Assembly (NCBI GenBank): GCA_049523315.1
Contig: JBEKMZ010000004.1
Location: forward strand, 15,980 to 79,979
Length of the DNA: 64,000 bases
Reading direction: 5' to 3'
Origin: Acidimicrobiales bacterium
GTDB lineage: Bacteria > Actinomycetota > Acidimicrobiia > Acidimicrobiales > Bog-793
In this document: positions 1 to 7,539 of the stretch, in pieces
Numbering within the stretch: the first letter of the stretch is position 1
Layout of the letters: each line of letters opens with the position of its first letter
Translations under genes and position numbers: made by a program
The notes under the pieces: generated by a model
What the model saw: only the letters and a program-made list of their open reading frames with translations
Databases searched by the model: none
What the model was told of the DNA's origin: nothing

Positions 1-48
1 CATCAAGTCGGCTGCAGGGCACCCACGCGAGCGCACTCGCATAAGGTC

Positions 49-720
49 GTGGCGATGGACTCCGGGATGGAGGAGGTCGACGAGGGCGACACCGTCTGGC
101 GTTTCGACCGCGACTTCTTGGCGTCCAGGTGGGTCTGTCTGTGGGGCAGGGGTTGCAAGGGCATCGGCACCACCCCGGCAGAGCATCTTGGGCTCGGGTG
201 CTGCTCGGTCGGGGCCGAGTTCGGAGACGTGGACGAGGCACGACTCACGGCGGCACTGGCCGCGACGCTGTCCCCGGAGCGCTTCGAGCGTCACGCCGAG
301 GCGGCCGAGGGTGGCATCTTCAACGACGACGCCCGCAGCGGCACCCGTGTCGTCGACGGCGCCTGCATCTTCCTCAACCGCCCCGGGTTTGCCGGCGGTG
401 CGGGTTGTGCGCTGCACCTGGCCGCTATCGACGCCGGAGAGTCGCCCATCGACTGGAAGCCGTCGGTGTGCTGGCAGCTGCCGATCAAAGTCGACTGGGC
501 CGAGCGAGACGACGGTGTCGAGGTGGCGACTGTGCGCCGCTGGACGCGCCGGGACTGGGGCGAGGACGGCGAGACGATGGCATGGTGCTGCACGGAGGGC
601 GCATTGGCCTACGTCGGGGACCGCCCCGTGATCGACTCGCTGGGAGCGGAGTTGAAGGCGATCGTCGGCACCGAAGTCTATGTCGAGCTGCGGCACCGGA
701 TAAGGGGCCAGGACCAGTAG
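49..720 (+). CDS. Cys-rich conserved hypothetical protein (possible metal-chelating, YkgJ/UPF0153-like pattern)
   Basis: A 223-aa ORF with coding-like composition. It has Cys clusters 'WVCLWGRGCKG', 'GLGCCSVG' and 'DGACIFLNRPGFAGGAGCALH', which resemble CxxCxxCC-type Fe/Zn-chelating domain proteins. The family assignment is tentative. Confidence 0.55.
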   Translation: MAMDSGMEEVDEGDTVWRFDRDFLASRWVCLWGRGCKGIGTTPAEHLGLGCCSVGAEFGDVDEARLTAALAATLSPERFERHAEAAEGGIFNDDARSGTRVVDGACIFLNRPGFAGGAGCALHLAAIDAGESPIDWKPSVCWQLPIKVDWAERDDGVEVATVRRWTRRDWGEDGETMAWCCTEGALAYVGDRPVIDSLGAELKAIVGTEVYVELRHRIRGQDQ

Positions 721-926
721 CGAGACGGGTGCGGAAAATGCCTGAGGCCGTTCTCACGGCTCGAGAGGGCGACTGTCGCCCGGCGGGCGACAAGCCCGGA
801 GAGCGGCGAGGTCACCAGGATCGTTTCGGCAGCGAGCCGGACCGGGTACAAGCTGAACTCGCTGGTGGGCTGGGACGGTTCGATGACCTCGCGAAGCGCG
901 CTCGCCACGTCTAGGCGAAGGTGCAT
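678..926 (-). CDS. Small hypothetical protein, weakly DUF3107-like
   Basis: An ATG at 926 opens the 82-aa frame 'MHLRLDVASALREVIEPSQPTSEF...'. Third-codon-position G+C is very high in this frame by hand count, which looks like coding sequence. 'REVIEPSQPTSEF' resembles the remembered 'RELVxSSAQTPSEV' of actinobacterial DUF3107/TB9.4 proteins. There is no SD, and the 3' end overlaps the convergent gene. Confidence 0.3.
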   Translation of the reverse strand: MHLRLDVASALREVIEPSQPTSEFSLYPVRLAAETILVTSPLSGLVARRATVALSSRENGLRHFPHPSRYWSWPLIRCRSST

Positions 927-951
927 ACTCGAATTTGAGAGAGGAGCCCTG

Positions 952-2157
952 ATGGCCATAAATCCGATTCGGGGTCGCCGCTCACCTCTTTTCGTTGTCG
1001 CGACGATCCTCTTTGTATTCGTCGCGGGCGGGGTGACCGGCGCCGTTGTCGATCACGCCGTGAGCCACGGCACGCCATCGGGGACGGGAAGTAAGGCTCA
1101 GGCTACGAACGGCTCGTCCTCTACGACGAACGCGCCGACGACGAGCTCCACGCTCACGCCGCCCGCCCTCAGCGTGGCTTCGGTCACCCCAGCAAACGGG
1201 GCGACGGGTGTCGCGCCCAACGCGCCGATCACGGTCACGTTGTCCGCAGCCTTGTCGCAGAGCTCCCCTTTGCCGGTTCTCTCTCCGACGACGCCCGGGT
1301 CCTGGCGCACGAGCGGTGACAGCCTCATATTCACGCCGAGCCCCGACTTCGTGCCGCTGAGCGACATCACCCTTACCCTGCTTAGCGGCGCGGCCGGAAT
1401 CTTGAGCAAGGCGGGCGGCTATCTCGCTCAAACGGTGACCGAGCAGTTCCAGGTCGCGAACGGCTCGATCGTTCGACTGCAGCAGCTTCTCTCGCTCTTG
1501 GACTACTCACCGCTCGCATGGGACGCAGCTGGCGCGCCGATAGCGCCGACGGACTCCGAGGCACAGACCGCTGCGCTGTACAAACCTCCCGCCGGAAACT
1601 TCGCCTGGCGGGAACGGGGCTGGCCTGCTCGGCTGGTTGCCTTGTGGCGGCCCGGCATCGACAACGTCTTTACGCGCGGGCTCATAATGTCGTTCCAGGC
1701 CGATCACGAGCTCACCACGAACGGCGCCATGGGAGCGAGCCTCTGGACCACGTTGCTCGCCGCCCTCGCCTCCAACACGCTGAACACCGGCGGATACAAC
1801 TACGGGCTCGCGGACAAGGCCACGCCTGAGTCGCTGACGGTCTACCACGACGGGAGGATCGTCGTGCAGACCCCGGCGAATACCGGAATCGGCGCCTCCC
1901 CGACGCCCGACGGGACCTTCCCCGTCTTCGAGCGCCTGCGACAGCAGGTCATGCGCGGCACGAACCCAGATGGGCAACCCTACGCGGACCTGGTTCAGTA
2001 CATCGCCTATTTCCACGGCAACGATGCGGTCCACTACATGGACAGGGCCGACTACGGGATCCCGCAGAGCCTCGGTTGCATCGAGCTTCCGCTCGCCGAC
2101 GCGGCGCGTGTTTGGCCGTACCTCGCCTACGGAACCCTCGTGACGATCATCAACTGA
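952..2157 (+). CDS. L,D-transpeptidase (YkuD domain) with N-terminal membrane anchor and Ig-like region
   Basis: The C-terminus 'YIAYFHGNDAVHYMDRADYGIPQSLGCIELP' matches the YkuD catalytic His...Ser-x-Gly-Cys motif. The N-terminal TM segment is 'LFVVATILFVFVAGGVTGAVV', followed by a Ser/Thr-rich linker. I chose the start at 'MAINPIRGRR'. Confidence 0.85.
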   Translation: MAINPIRGRRSPLFVVATILFVFVAGGVTGAVVDHAVSHGTPSGTGSKAQATNGSSSTTNAPTTSSTLTPPALSVASVTPANGATGVAPNAPITVTLSAALSQSSPLPVLSPTTPGSWRTSGDSLIFTPSPDFVPLSDITLTLLSGAAGILSKAGGYLAQTVTEQFQVANGSIVRLQQLLSLLDYSPLAWDAAGAPIAPTDSEAQTAALYKPPAGNFAWRERGWPARLVALWRPGIDNVFTRGLIMSFQADHELTTNGAMGASLWTTLLAALASNTLNTGGYNYGLADKATPESLTVYHDGRIVVQTPANTGIGASPTPDGTFPVFERLRQQVMRGTNPDGQPYADLVQYIAYFHGNDAVHYMDRADYGIPQSLGCIELPLADAARVWPYLAYGTLVTIIN

Positions 2158-2269
2158 CTAATCCGAAAAGCGGCGACCTTGCCGACGAGTGCGAGGGCGG
2201 CAATAAGCACGCTTCCTCGGACGTGAACAGTCTCGCCGCAAGAGCACCATGCACGGGCTCTAGAGAAGC

Positions 2270-2608
2270 TCAGATCAGGGTTTCCCTCGTGGCAGCCGGC
2301 CCGACGAGGTAGCCGACGAGAACGAACGCGACGGCGATGCCGAGCAGAACCTCGATTGTCGTCTCCCGGTCCCCGATCGTGGCGTGGCAGGCATAAAAGG
2401 CCGATCGTTCATCAGGGCTCAGGGCGGACGGTTGCGAGGAAGGCAAGTTCGTGTCTTCGTTTCGCAGCCACCCGTAGACGCTCAGACAGGCAACCTGCTG
2501 AACGGAGTATCCGCCGGTGGGAGAGACGCTGTTGTACGACGCCGTCGCACTCCGGAAGAAGAGGTACGCACTGACGGCGACCAGGCATCCGGCAACAACC
2601 CACCACAC
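2270..2608 (-). CDS. Small two-TM membrane protein, hypothetical
   Basis: This is the C-terminal 112 codons of ORF 2270..3016. They have high GC3 and two hydrophobic segments ('WWVVAGCLVAVSAYLFF' and 'VLLGIAVAFVLVGYLVG'). The upstream part of the ORF is an R/S/P-rich junk translation. The GTG start at 2608 is a guess. Confidence 0.4.
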   Translation of the reverse strand: MWWVVAGCLVAVSAYLFFRSATASYNSVSPTGGYSVQQVACLSVYGWLRNEDTNLPSSQPSALSPDERSAFYACHATIGDRETTIEVLLGIAVAFVLVGYLVGPAATRETLI

Positions 2609-3058
2609 GGTTCGTGATCTGACGGGAGACGCGGAAAAGGCGGAGGCAGGCCGTCGATCAGGTACGCGCAAGGGGGGCCTCCACGCACTGTGTACTGGTG
2701 AACGGCTCAAACGATTGTGGCACGGCGTGCAGCCTACGCTCGTGGCCGCCAGCCCAGCGAGAAACGACCTTGCCCTCTGACCTCGCCGATCTCGCGTGAA
2801 CCCCGGGTCCCGGTGCGCTCCGGCGACAACTTCGTAACGGCCTGTTCGCTCGGGTTCGGGAAAAACCGCTGGCGCGAAGCGCTCGATCAGGACATACTTC
2901 TCGCACGGTGCACGGCTCCCAGCTTCCCTCGCAAGGCAACCGGGGGTCGTGCACTTCCTATCGACACGGGCTGCTCCGCCCTTGAGCACAGGCCTCGGGG
3001 GCGAACCCGAGGGCATCGCCCAGCGGGTTGCGACGGGTCGGCTCAGCTAGCTCAACGC

Positions 3059-4141
3059 TCATGATGACTTCTCGAGCGAGGGAATCAGGTAGCCGAAGAC
3101 CGCTATCAGAGTCCCGATGAACATGACCGCCATGCCGCCGATCCTCAGCGGACGCATGGCGGTCATGAGACCACCAGCGCTGGAGATCGCCACACCGACA
3201 GCGCCGATCCAGCCGCTCAGCTTGGCGAGCCTCGTGGATCTCCAGACGCGGGCGAGCAGTGTCACTGCCCCACCCACGAGCAAGATGCCGAGGACCGAGT
3301 GGACAAGGTAGATGGCCGCTCCTCTCGATGTCGACCAACCGCTCGGGCGTCCGATCGGCACGGCAATCAACGCCAGGATCCCCAACACCAACTCGACTCC
3401 TATGAGAGCAGCAAGCGCGGTTGCCATCCTGGCGGTCGTGCCTTCGACAGTCACCTCTCGCGGGGCGCCCGCTGCCGTGCCCGCCTTGCTGTTCGCGACT
3501 TGCGTGCCCTGTTTGCGGACCCTCAAGACCTCGGGATCCTCGTGGATCAAGTACCACCAGCCGTAAATCGCGATGAGGGCGAATACCGGCCATTCGACCG
3601 AGTAGACCCAGCTGAGCTCGTTTCCCGCCAGCGCTCTTGTGGCTTGCCACCAGCCGGCGATCACGCATGCGGGCGCGATGACAGCGACCTCGACATGGAG
3701 CAGGAGTGCTCTGCGCGAGAACCAGCGTCGCCTAAGGGTCGGATGACCTGGTTGCGGCCGGTCGGCGCATCTTCCGACCGGGAGCTTCGTCGGGGCGCTG
3801 TTGGCTTCGAAGCGCTTCGTCATCTTCCGCTCGGCGACGAAGGCACAAAAGGGCACAGTGCCTGCTAGTAGAACGAGGGCCATCTGCCACTTTGGTATAC
3901 GGAGTCTCCGCGTCAGGCGAAAGGCAACGTAGAGATAGACGATGTACAAAAAGCCGTGAATCGTGCCGACATCGTTCACAACTTCTGGACGACCCGCAGC
4001 GAGCTGCAGTGGTATGCCGACAAAGACGAGCACGATGAGAAGTGTCGCGGTTGTGAAGGCCATCACCCGGTAGCGCACGAGGAGGCCGCGCCCTACAGGG
4101 CTTGTCTGTGCCTGATCGCTCTCAGGTGCTTCTAGAGTCAT
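3059..4141 (-). CDS. Polytopic membrane protein with N-terminal DUF3817-like domain
   Basis: 'TIHGFLYIVYLYVAFRLTRRLRIPKWQMALVLLAGTVPFCAFVAERK' is the pattern I recognise as DUF3817. About six further TM helices follow. The start is taken at 'MTLEAPESD' and could lie upstream. Confidence 0.7.
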   Translation of the reverse strand: MTLEAPESDQAQTSPVGRGLLVRYRVMAFTTATLLIVLVFVGIPLQLAAGRPEVVNDVGTIHGFLYIVYLYVAFRLTRRLRIPKWQMALVLLAGTVPFCAFVAERKMTKRFEANSAPTKLPVGRCADRPQPGHPTLRRRWFSRRALLLHVEVAVIAPACVIAGWWQATRALAGNELSWVYSVEWPVFALIAIYGWWYLIHEDPEVLRVRKQGTQVANSKAGTAAGAPREVTVEGTTARMATALAALIGVELVLGILALIAVPIGRPSGWSTSRGAAIYLVHSVLGILLVGGAVTLLARVWRSTRLAKLSGWIGAVGVAISSAGGLMTAMRPLRIGGMAVMFIGTLIAVFGYLIPSLEKSS

Positions 4142-4372
4142 GTCGGCATCTGCACTGCAGAGAAGTCCAGCTGACGGGTCCTCGATGGGCGAAGAGACTA
4201 CCTCCCACGCTTGCCGGATCCGGTTTGGTCGTCGGTGGCGAAGTGTGCCGCTCGACTGCCTCGTCGAGGAGACGCCTTGTTGCGCGTGATGCCGAGATCT
4301 CCGCAACCGCCTTTTCGGTCTGCGCCGCTTCCTACGAGCTCCCGGGTGCGGCGACTGACAGCTCGATCGCGG

Positions 4373-4708
4373 TCAGGACTGTTGTTCCTCCTCTACGGTC
4401 AGCTCCGCGGCCGGGTCAGCTTCGAGGCGGGCGTCGGGGATCGGCAGGCCGCTGCGGATCGAGTAGCCGAAGGTGCCATCCTCGAGCCTGCGTTCGGCCC
4501 GATCCAGGGCAGCCAGCCGATCGCGCAGGCCTCCAGCGAGTGCGTCGTCGGTCTCCTCGGCGGTGAGCCTCTCTGCCGGATCGGTCAGGTCGCCAGGCTC
4601 ATTGGCTTGTTCTCGATCTTGCTCCGCGTCTTGCTCTGTCTCTTTGAGCAGCCTCTTCACGCGGCTGCGCTCCTCGTCCAGCAGCGTTCGAGCGTGCTCT
4701 TGGTCCAC
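4373..4708 (-). CDS. TraR/DksA-family protein lacking all zinc-finger cysteines
   Basis: A 111-aa acidic coiled-coil N-terminus is followed by 'RLEDGTFGYSIRSGLPIPDARLEADPAAELTVEE'. This aligns with the DksA C4 finger region 'C..CG..IP..RL.A.P....C..C', but the protein contains no Cys at all. Confidence 0.6.
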   Translation of the reverse strand: MDQEHARTLLDEERSRVKRLLKETEQDAEQDREQANEPGDLTDPAERLTAEETDDALAGGLRDRLAALDRAERRLEDGTFGYSIRSGLPIPDARLEADPAAELTVEEEQQS

Positions 4709-4845
4709 TGTCCCCCCTCATGCTCTCCCGATGTCGCCTCACGGTCGACCAGTCGGCCGCTGCGCCAGGGCGCTTGTGCGCGGCGCCTTTCATGGTGGCA
4801 CCGACCGAGTGACCCGGACAAGGAGGGGCTTGTTGGTACTCGTGG

Positions 4846-6096
4846 TCAGCCCCCTGCGATGACCCTCGGTCCTCTCCGCCACGACACGTACCGCCAAGCC
4901 CAGTTCAAGAGCACAGAGGTCCTGTTGCGCACGCCGGTGAGCACGGCTATATGCAGGCCCAGCCAGGCGAGCCAGGCGGTTGTCCCTCGCAGGCGGATGC
5001 CTCTTGGCAACTCGGCCACCGCGGCTCTGCGGCCGATCGTCGCCATGATCCCCTTGTCCCGGTAGCGGAACCTCCTCGTCTCCCCGCCGGAGATCAGCCG
5101 CTGAATCTGCTCTCCCACGAGCCGGCCCTCCTGGATCGCCTGCTGTGCAAGCTGCGGCAAAGGTGGCCCCTGCCCGTCCGAGCGCGCGGCTGCCATGTCG
5201 CCGATGGCGAAGACCTCGGCAAACCCGGTCACGCGGAGGTCGTCGTCGACCTCTAGACGGCCGCGTACCTTCGCAAGCTCGAGCGCGTCGGTCAACTGGC
5301 ACGGGCCGACTCCGGCCGCCCAGATGACGAGCTGGCACATTATGGTCTCCCCGGAGCCGAGCACGGCTCGGTCCGAGCTCACCTGCTTCACACTCTCCGG
5401 GCAGCGAACCTCCACGCCGCGGCGTTCGAGCACGCGTAGGGCATACGCGCTGAGCTTGGGGTGAAACGCGCCGAGGAGACGTTCTTGCTGCTCGACGAGC
5501 ACGATGCGCGAGAGGGAAGCGTCGAGCTCTGCATAACGGGTACCGAATTCCATCTTGCGCAGGTCGGCGAGGGCGCCGGCCATCTCCACACCCGTCGGGC
5601 CGCCGCCGACGACAACGACGGTCAAGTCACCTTCGCGCGCCCCGTGCGAGGAGGCCCGCTCGACGCTCGCCAAGGCAATGTCGCGCACCGCGATGGCGTC
5701 CTCCATCGTGTAGATCGCTTTGGAGTGCTCGCGCGCCCCCGAGACGCCGAAGTACGTCGTACCAGCACCTGCGGCGAGGACGAGGTAGTCGTAACCGAGC
5801 GCCGGGCCTTCCGCGAACGAGATGCTGCGGGCGGAGAAGTCGACGGACGCGACCTCGTCCCGGCGGAACCGCACCGAGCGGCGCAGGCTCGTGTAAGCCC
5901 GGATCGGGTAGGCGATGTCACCCGGGTTCAGCCCGGCCGTCGCGACTTGGTAGAGCAAGGGCTGGAAGGTGTTGTAGTTGTGGCGGTCGACGAGGACGAT
6001 CTCCACCTCTGCTTTGGCCAAGGACTCACAGACCGCAAGGCCTCCGAAGCCCGCCCCTATCACGACGACCCGGGGTCGGTGGCTCGCCCTGCCCAT
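4846..6096 (-). CDS. ndh: Type II NADH dehydrogenase (NDH-2)
   Basis: 'RVVVIGAGFGGLAVCESL' is the first dinucleotide fold and 'LTVVVVGGGPTGVEMAGAL' the second. 'NYNTFQPLLYQVATAGL' is typical of NDH-2, and the C-terminus has an amphipathic/TM tail. The start is taken at 'MGRASHRP'. Confidence 0.9.
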   Translation of the reverse strand: MGRASHRPRVVVIGAGFGGLAVCESLAKAEVEIVLVDRHNYNTFQPLLYQVATAGLNPGDIAYPIRAYTSLRRSVRFRRDEVASVDFSARSISFAEGPALGYDYLVLAAGAGTTYFGVSGAREHSKAIYTMEDAIAVRDIALASVERASSHGAREGDLTVVVVGGGPTGVEMAGALADLRKMEFGTRYAELDASLSRIVLVEQQERLLGAFHPKLSAYALRVLERRGVEVRCPESVKQVSSDRAVLGSGETIMCQLVIWAAGVGPCQLTDALELAKVRGRLEVDDDLRVTGFAEVFAIGDMAAARSDGQGPPLPQLAQQAIQEGRLVGEQIQRLISGGETRRFRYRDKGIMATIGRRAAVAELPRGIRLRGTTAWLAWLGLHIAVLTGVRNRTSVLLNWAWRYVSWRRGPRVIAGG

Positions 6097-6213
6097 CGCC
6101 GGACCATCGAGGCGGCCCGCAAGAAGGATCGAGAGGAATCGCCTAGCGCGAAGCATCGAAACTCGGTAGGGGCGACATGTCACGGGTCATAGTCCCGCCG
6201 TCGCGCTCGAAGC

Positions 6214-6654
6214 TCAGTCAGGCTCGGTGTTCACGATCAGCAGATTGCACGGGCTGTGATGGGAGACCTTGTTGGGTACGCTCCCGAGCACGAACCGGGT
6301 CATGCTGTTCATGCCCCGGTTGCCGACCACGAGCAGGTCGGCACCTACCTCCTCGGCCGTCTTCACGAGGGCGTCCGCCACATCCTCTCCGCCGCGGCTG
6401 TGCACCTCGACGCTCACGCCCAGCCGTTCGGCCTCGCCGCGAAGCTTCGAAGCGTTGGCCTCGGCCTGCTCACGCATTCTGTCGATCTCGACCTGCCCGC
6501 CGCTCGAGTCGGAGAATCCCGTCTTGACTGCCGGGTGGACCACCTGGACGGCGTGCAGCTTGGCGCCGGACATCTGCGCCAGGCCGAGGGCGTGTGAGAC
6601 GGCGACCGATGCCCGGTCGGACCCGTCTGTGCCGACAACGATCACCTTGTACAT
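6214..6654 (-). CDS. Universal stress protein (UspA family)
   Basis: 'MYKVIVVGTDGSDRASVAV...' and 'ADLLVVGNRGMNSMTRFVLGSVPNKVSHHSPCNLLIV' form the canonical USP ATP-binding C-terminal motif. Confidence 0.9.
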   Translation of the reverse strand: MYKVIVVGTDGSDRASVAVSHALGLAQMSGAKLHAVQVVHPAVKTGFSDSSGGQVEIDRMREQAEANASKLRGEAERLGVSVEVHSRGGEDVADALVKTAEEVGADLLVVGNRGMNSMTRFVLGSVPNKVSHHSPCNLLIVNTEPD

Positions 6655-6847
6655 AGCCGTGGGCCCCCTTGTCCAACGCAGCGGTGACGCGCGCTTGGAC
6701 AGCTCGACGTAGTTGACCGCAATCTACAGTCCGGCTCGACGCCCGGCAACGGGATTCTTGTTGTCACATTGGCTTTCGCCGCCCAGCGGGGCCCCGATTT
6801 GTGCTGCGCGAACGTGACGGGAGGGGTATTGTCGTGCGAAGGAAATT

Positions 6848-6870
6848 GAGGGGGGACTTCGGAGGGGGGA
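6848..6870 (+). promoter_or_regulatory. Duplicated purine-rich element GAGGGGGGA (x2) immediately upstream of the oxidase operon start codon
   Basis: 'GAGGGGGGA cttcg GAGGGGGGA' lies at 6848-6856 and 6862-6870. The GTG start is at 6874. The proximal copy is a plausible SD. The role of the distal copy is unknown. Confidence 0.35.
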
Positions 6871-6873
6871 ACT

Positions 6874-7539
6874 GTGCCGAAGGTGGGGAGAGTCGCCGTC
6901 ACGCTCGCGCTGCTTGCCGCGATCGCTGGCGGGCTGGCATTCGCGGGTGTGTCGCTCACGTCCCAGCCCCTCACTGTCGATTACATCGCGAGCCCGGGCC
7001 AACCTGTAGCCGTGACGATGCAGACCTTTGGCGCATACGGTCACGGGATCCATCCGACCTGGGTGAGCTACATGACTCGCTCACCTGACGGCCAGTGGCT
7101 CCACACCACTATCTGGCAGGTGCCCGCCCATACCAGGGTCAATGTGACCATCTACCAGTACGACTCCGGCAGCCCATTGCGCAACCAGGAGATCGGGCAG
7201 GTGCAAGGGACGATCGGCGATGTCGCCACCTTGAACGGCAAGACCTTCAGTGTCATCAACTCCAACGCCGGCAACGGCGTCGGCCACACCTTCTCGATGC
7301 CCAGCCTCGGCATCAACGTCCCTCTCTACGGGAACAACGCGAACGCGAACCTGTGCGCGGCGGGGCCCTGCACGACCTCGTCGCCTAACAACGTCATCAA
7401 GTTCTCATTCATGAGCCCCGGCCCGGGCACCTACCCCTGGCAGTGTTTCGTGCCGTGTGGGTTGGGCTTTTTGTACGGCAACGGTGGACCGATGCAAACA
7501 GTTGGCTGGATGGACGGATTCATGAAAGTGGTCGCCTGA
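6874..7539 (+). CDS. Membrane-anchored/secreted cupredoxin-fold protein, CoxII-like with variant CuA motif
   Basis: The N-terminal signal/anchor is 'VAVTLALLAAIAGGLAFAGV'. 'GVGHTFSMPSLGINVPL' is comparable to the CoxII His-strand. 'WQCFVPCGLGF...GGPM' retains C-x3-C-G of CuA but not the second His. The stop TGA (7537-7539) overlaps the coxII ATG (7539). Confidence 0.7.
   Translation: MPKVGRVAVTLALLAAIAGGLAFAGVSLTSQPLTVDYIASPGQPVAVTMQTFGAYGHGIHPTWVSYMTRSPDGQWLHTTIWQVPAHTRVNVTIYQYDSGSPLRNQEIGQVQGTIGDVATLNGKTFSVINSNAGNGVGHTFSMPSLGINVPLYGNNANANLCAAGPCTTSSPNNVIKFSFMSPGPGTYPWQCFVPCGLGFLYGNGGPMQTVGWMDGFMKVVA

Noticed and set aside
2609-3058. Possible ydaO (c-di-AMP), ZTP, cobalamin or guanidine riboswitch, or RNase P/tmRNA/SRP RNA, in the long gap
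   Set aside because: I compared by eye with remembered conserved cores, for example 'ACCCGAACCCGUCAGCUAACCUCGUAAGCG' for ydaO and 'CCGCCUGGGCA' for ZTP. I found only short chance similarities ('CCCGAACCCGAGCGAAC'), and no consensus is satisfied. The region is kept only as an unassigned structured region in the findings.
6670-6701. A 7-bp inverted repeat TGTCCAA-N18-TTGGACA in the usp/cox divergent region
   Set aside because: It is short, has a long spacer and matches no regulator consensus I can name (not DosR-like, not CRP/FNR-like). It could easily be chance.
6848-6870. G-quadruplex potential of the two G6 runs
   Set aside because: Only two G-tracts are present. A canonical intramolecular G4 needs four, so only the direct-repeat/SD interpretation was kept.
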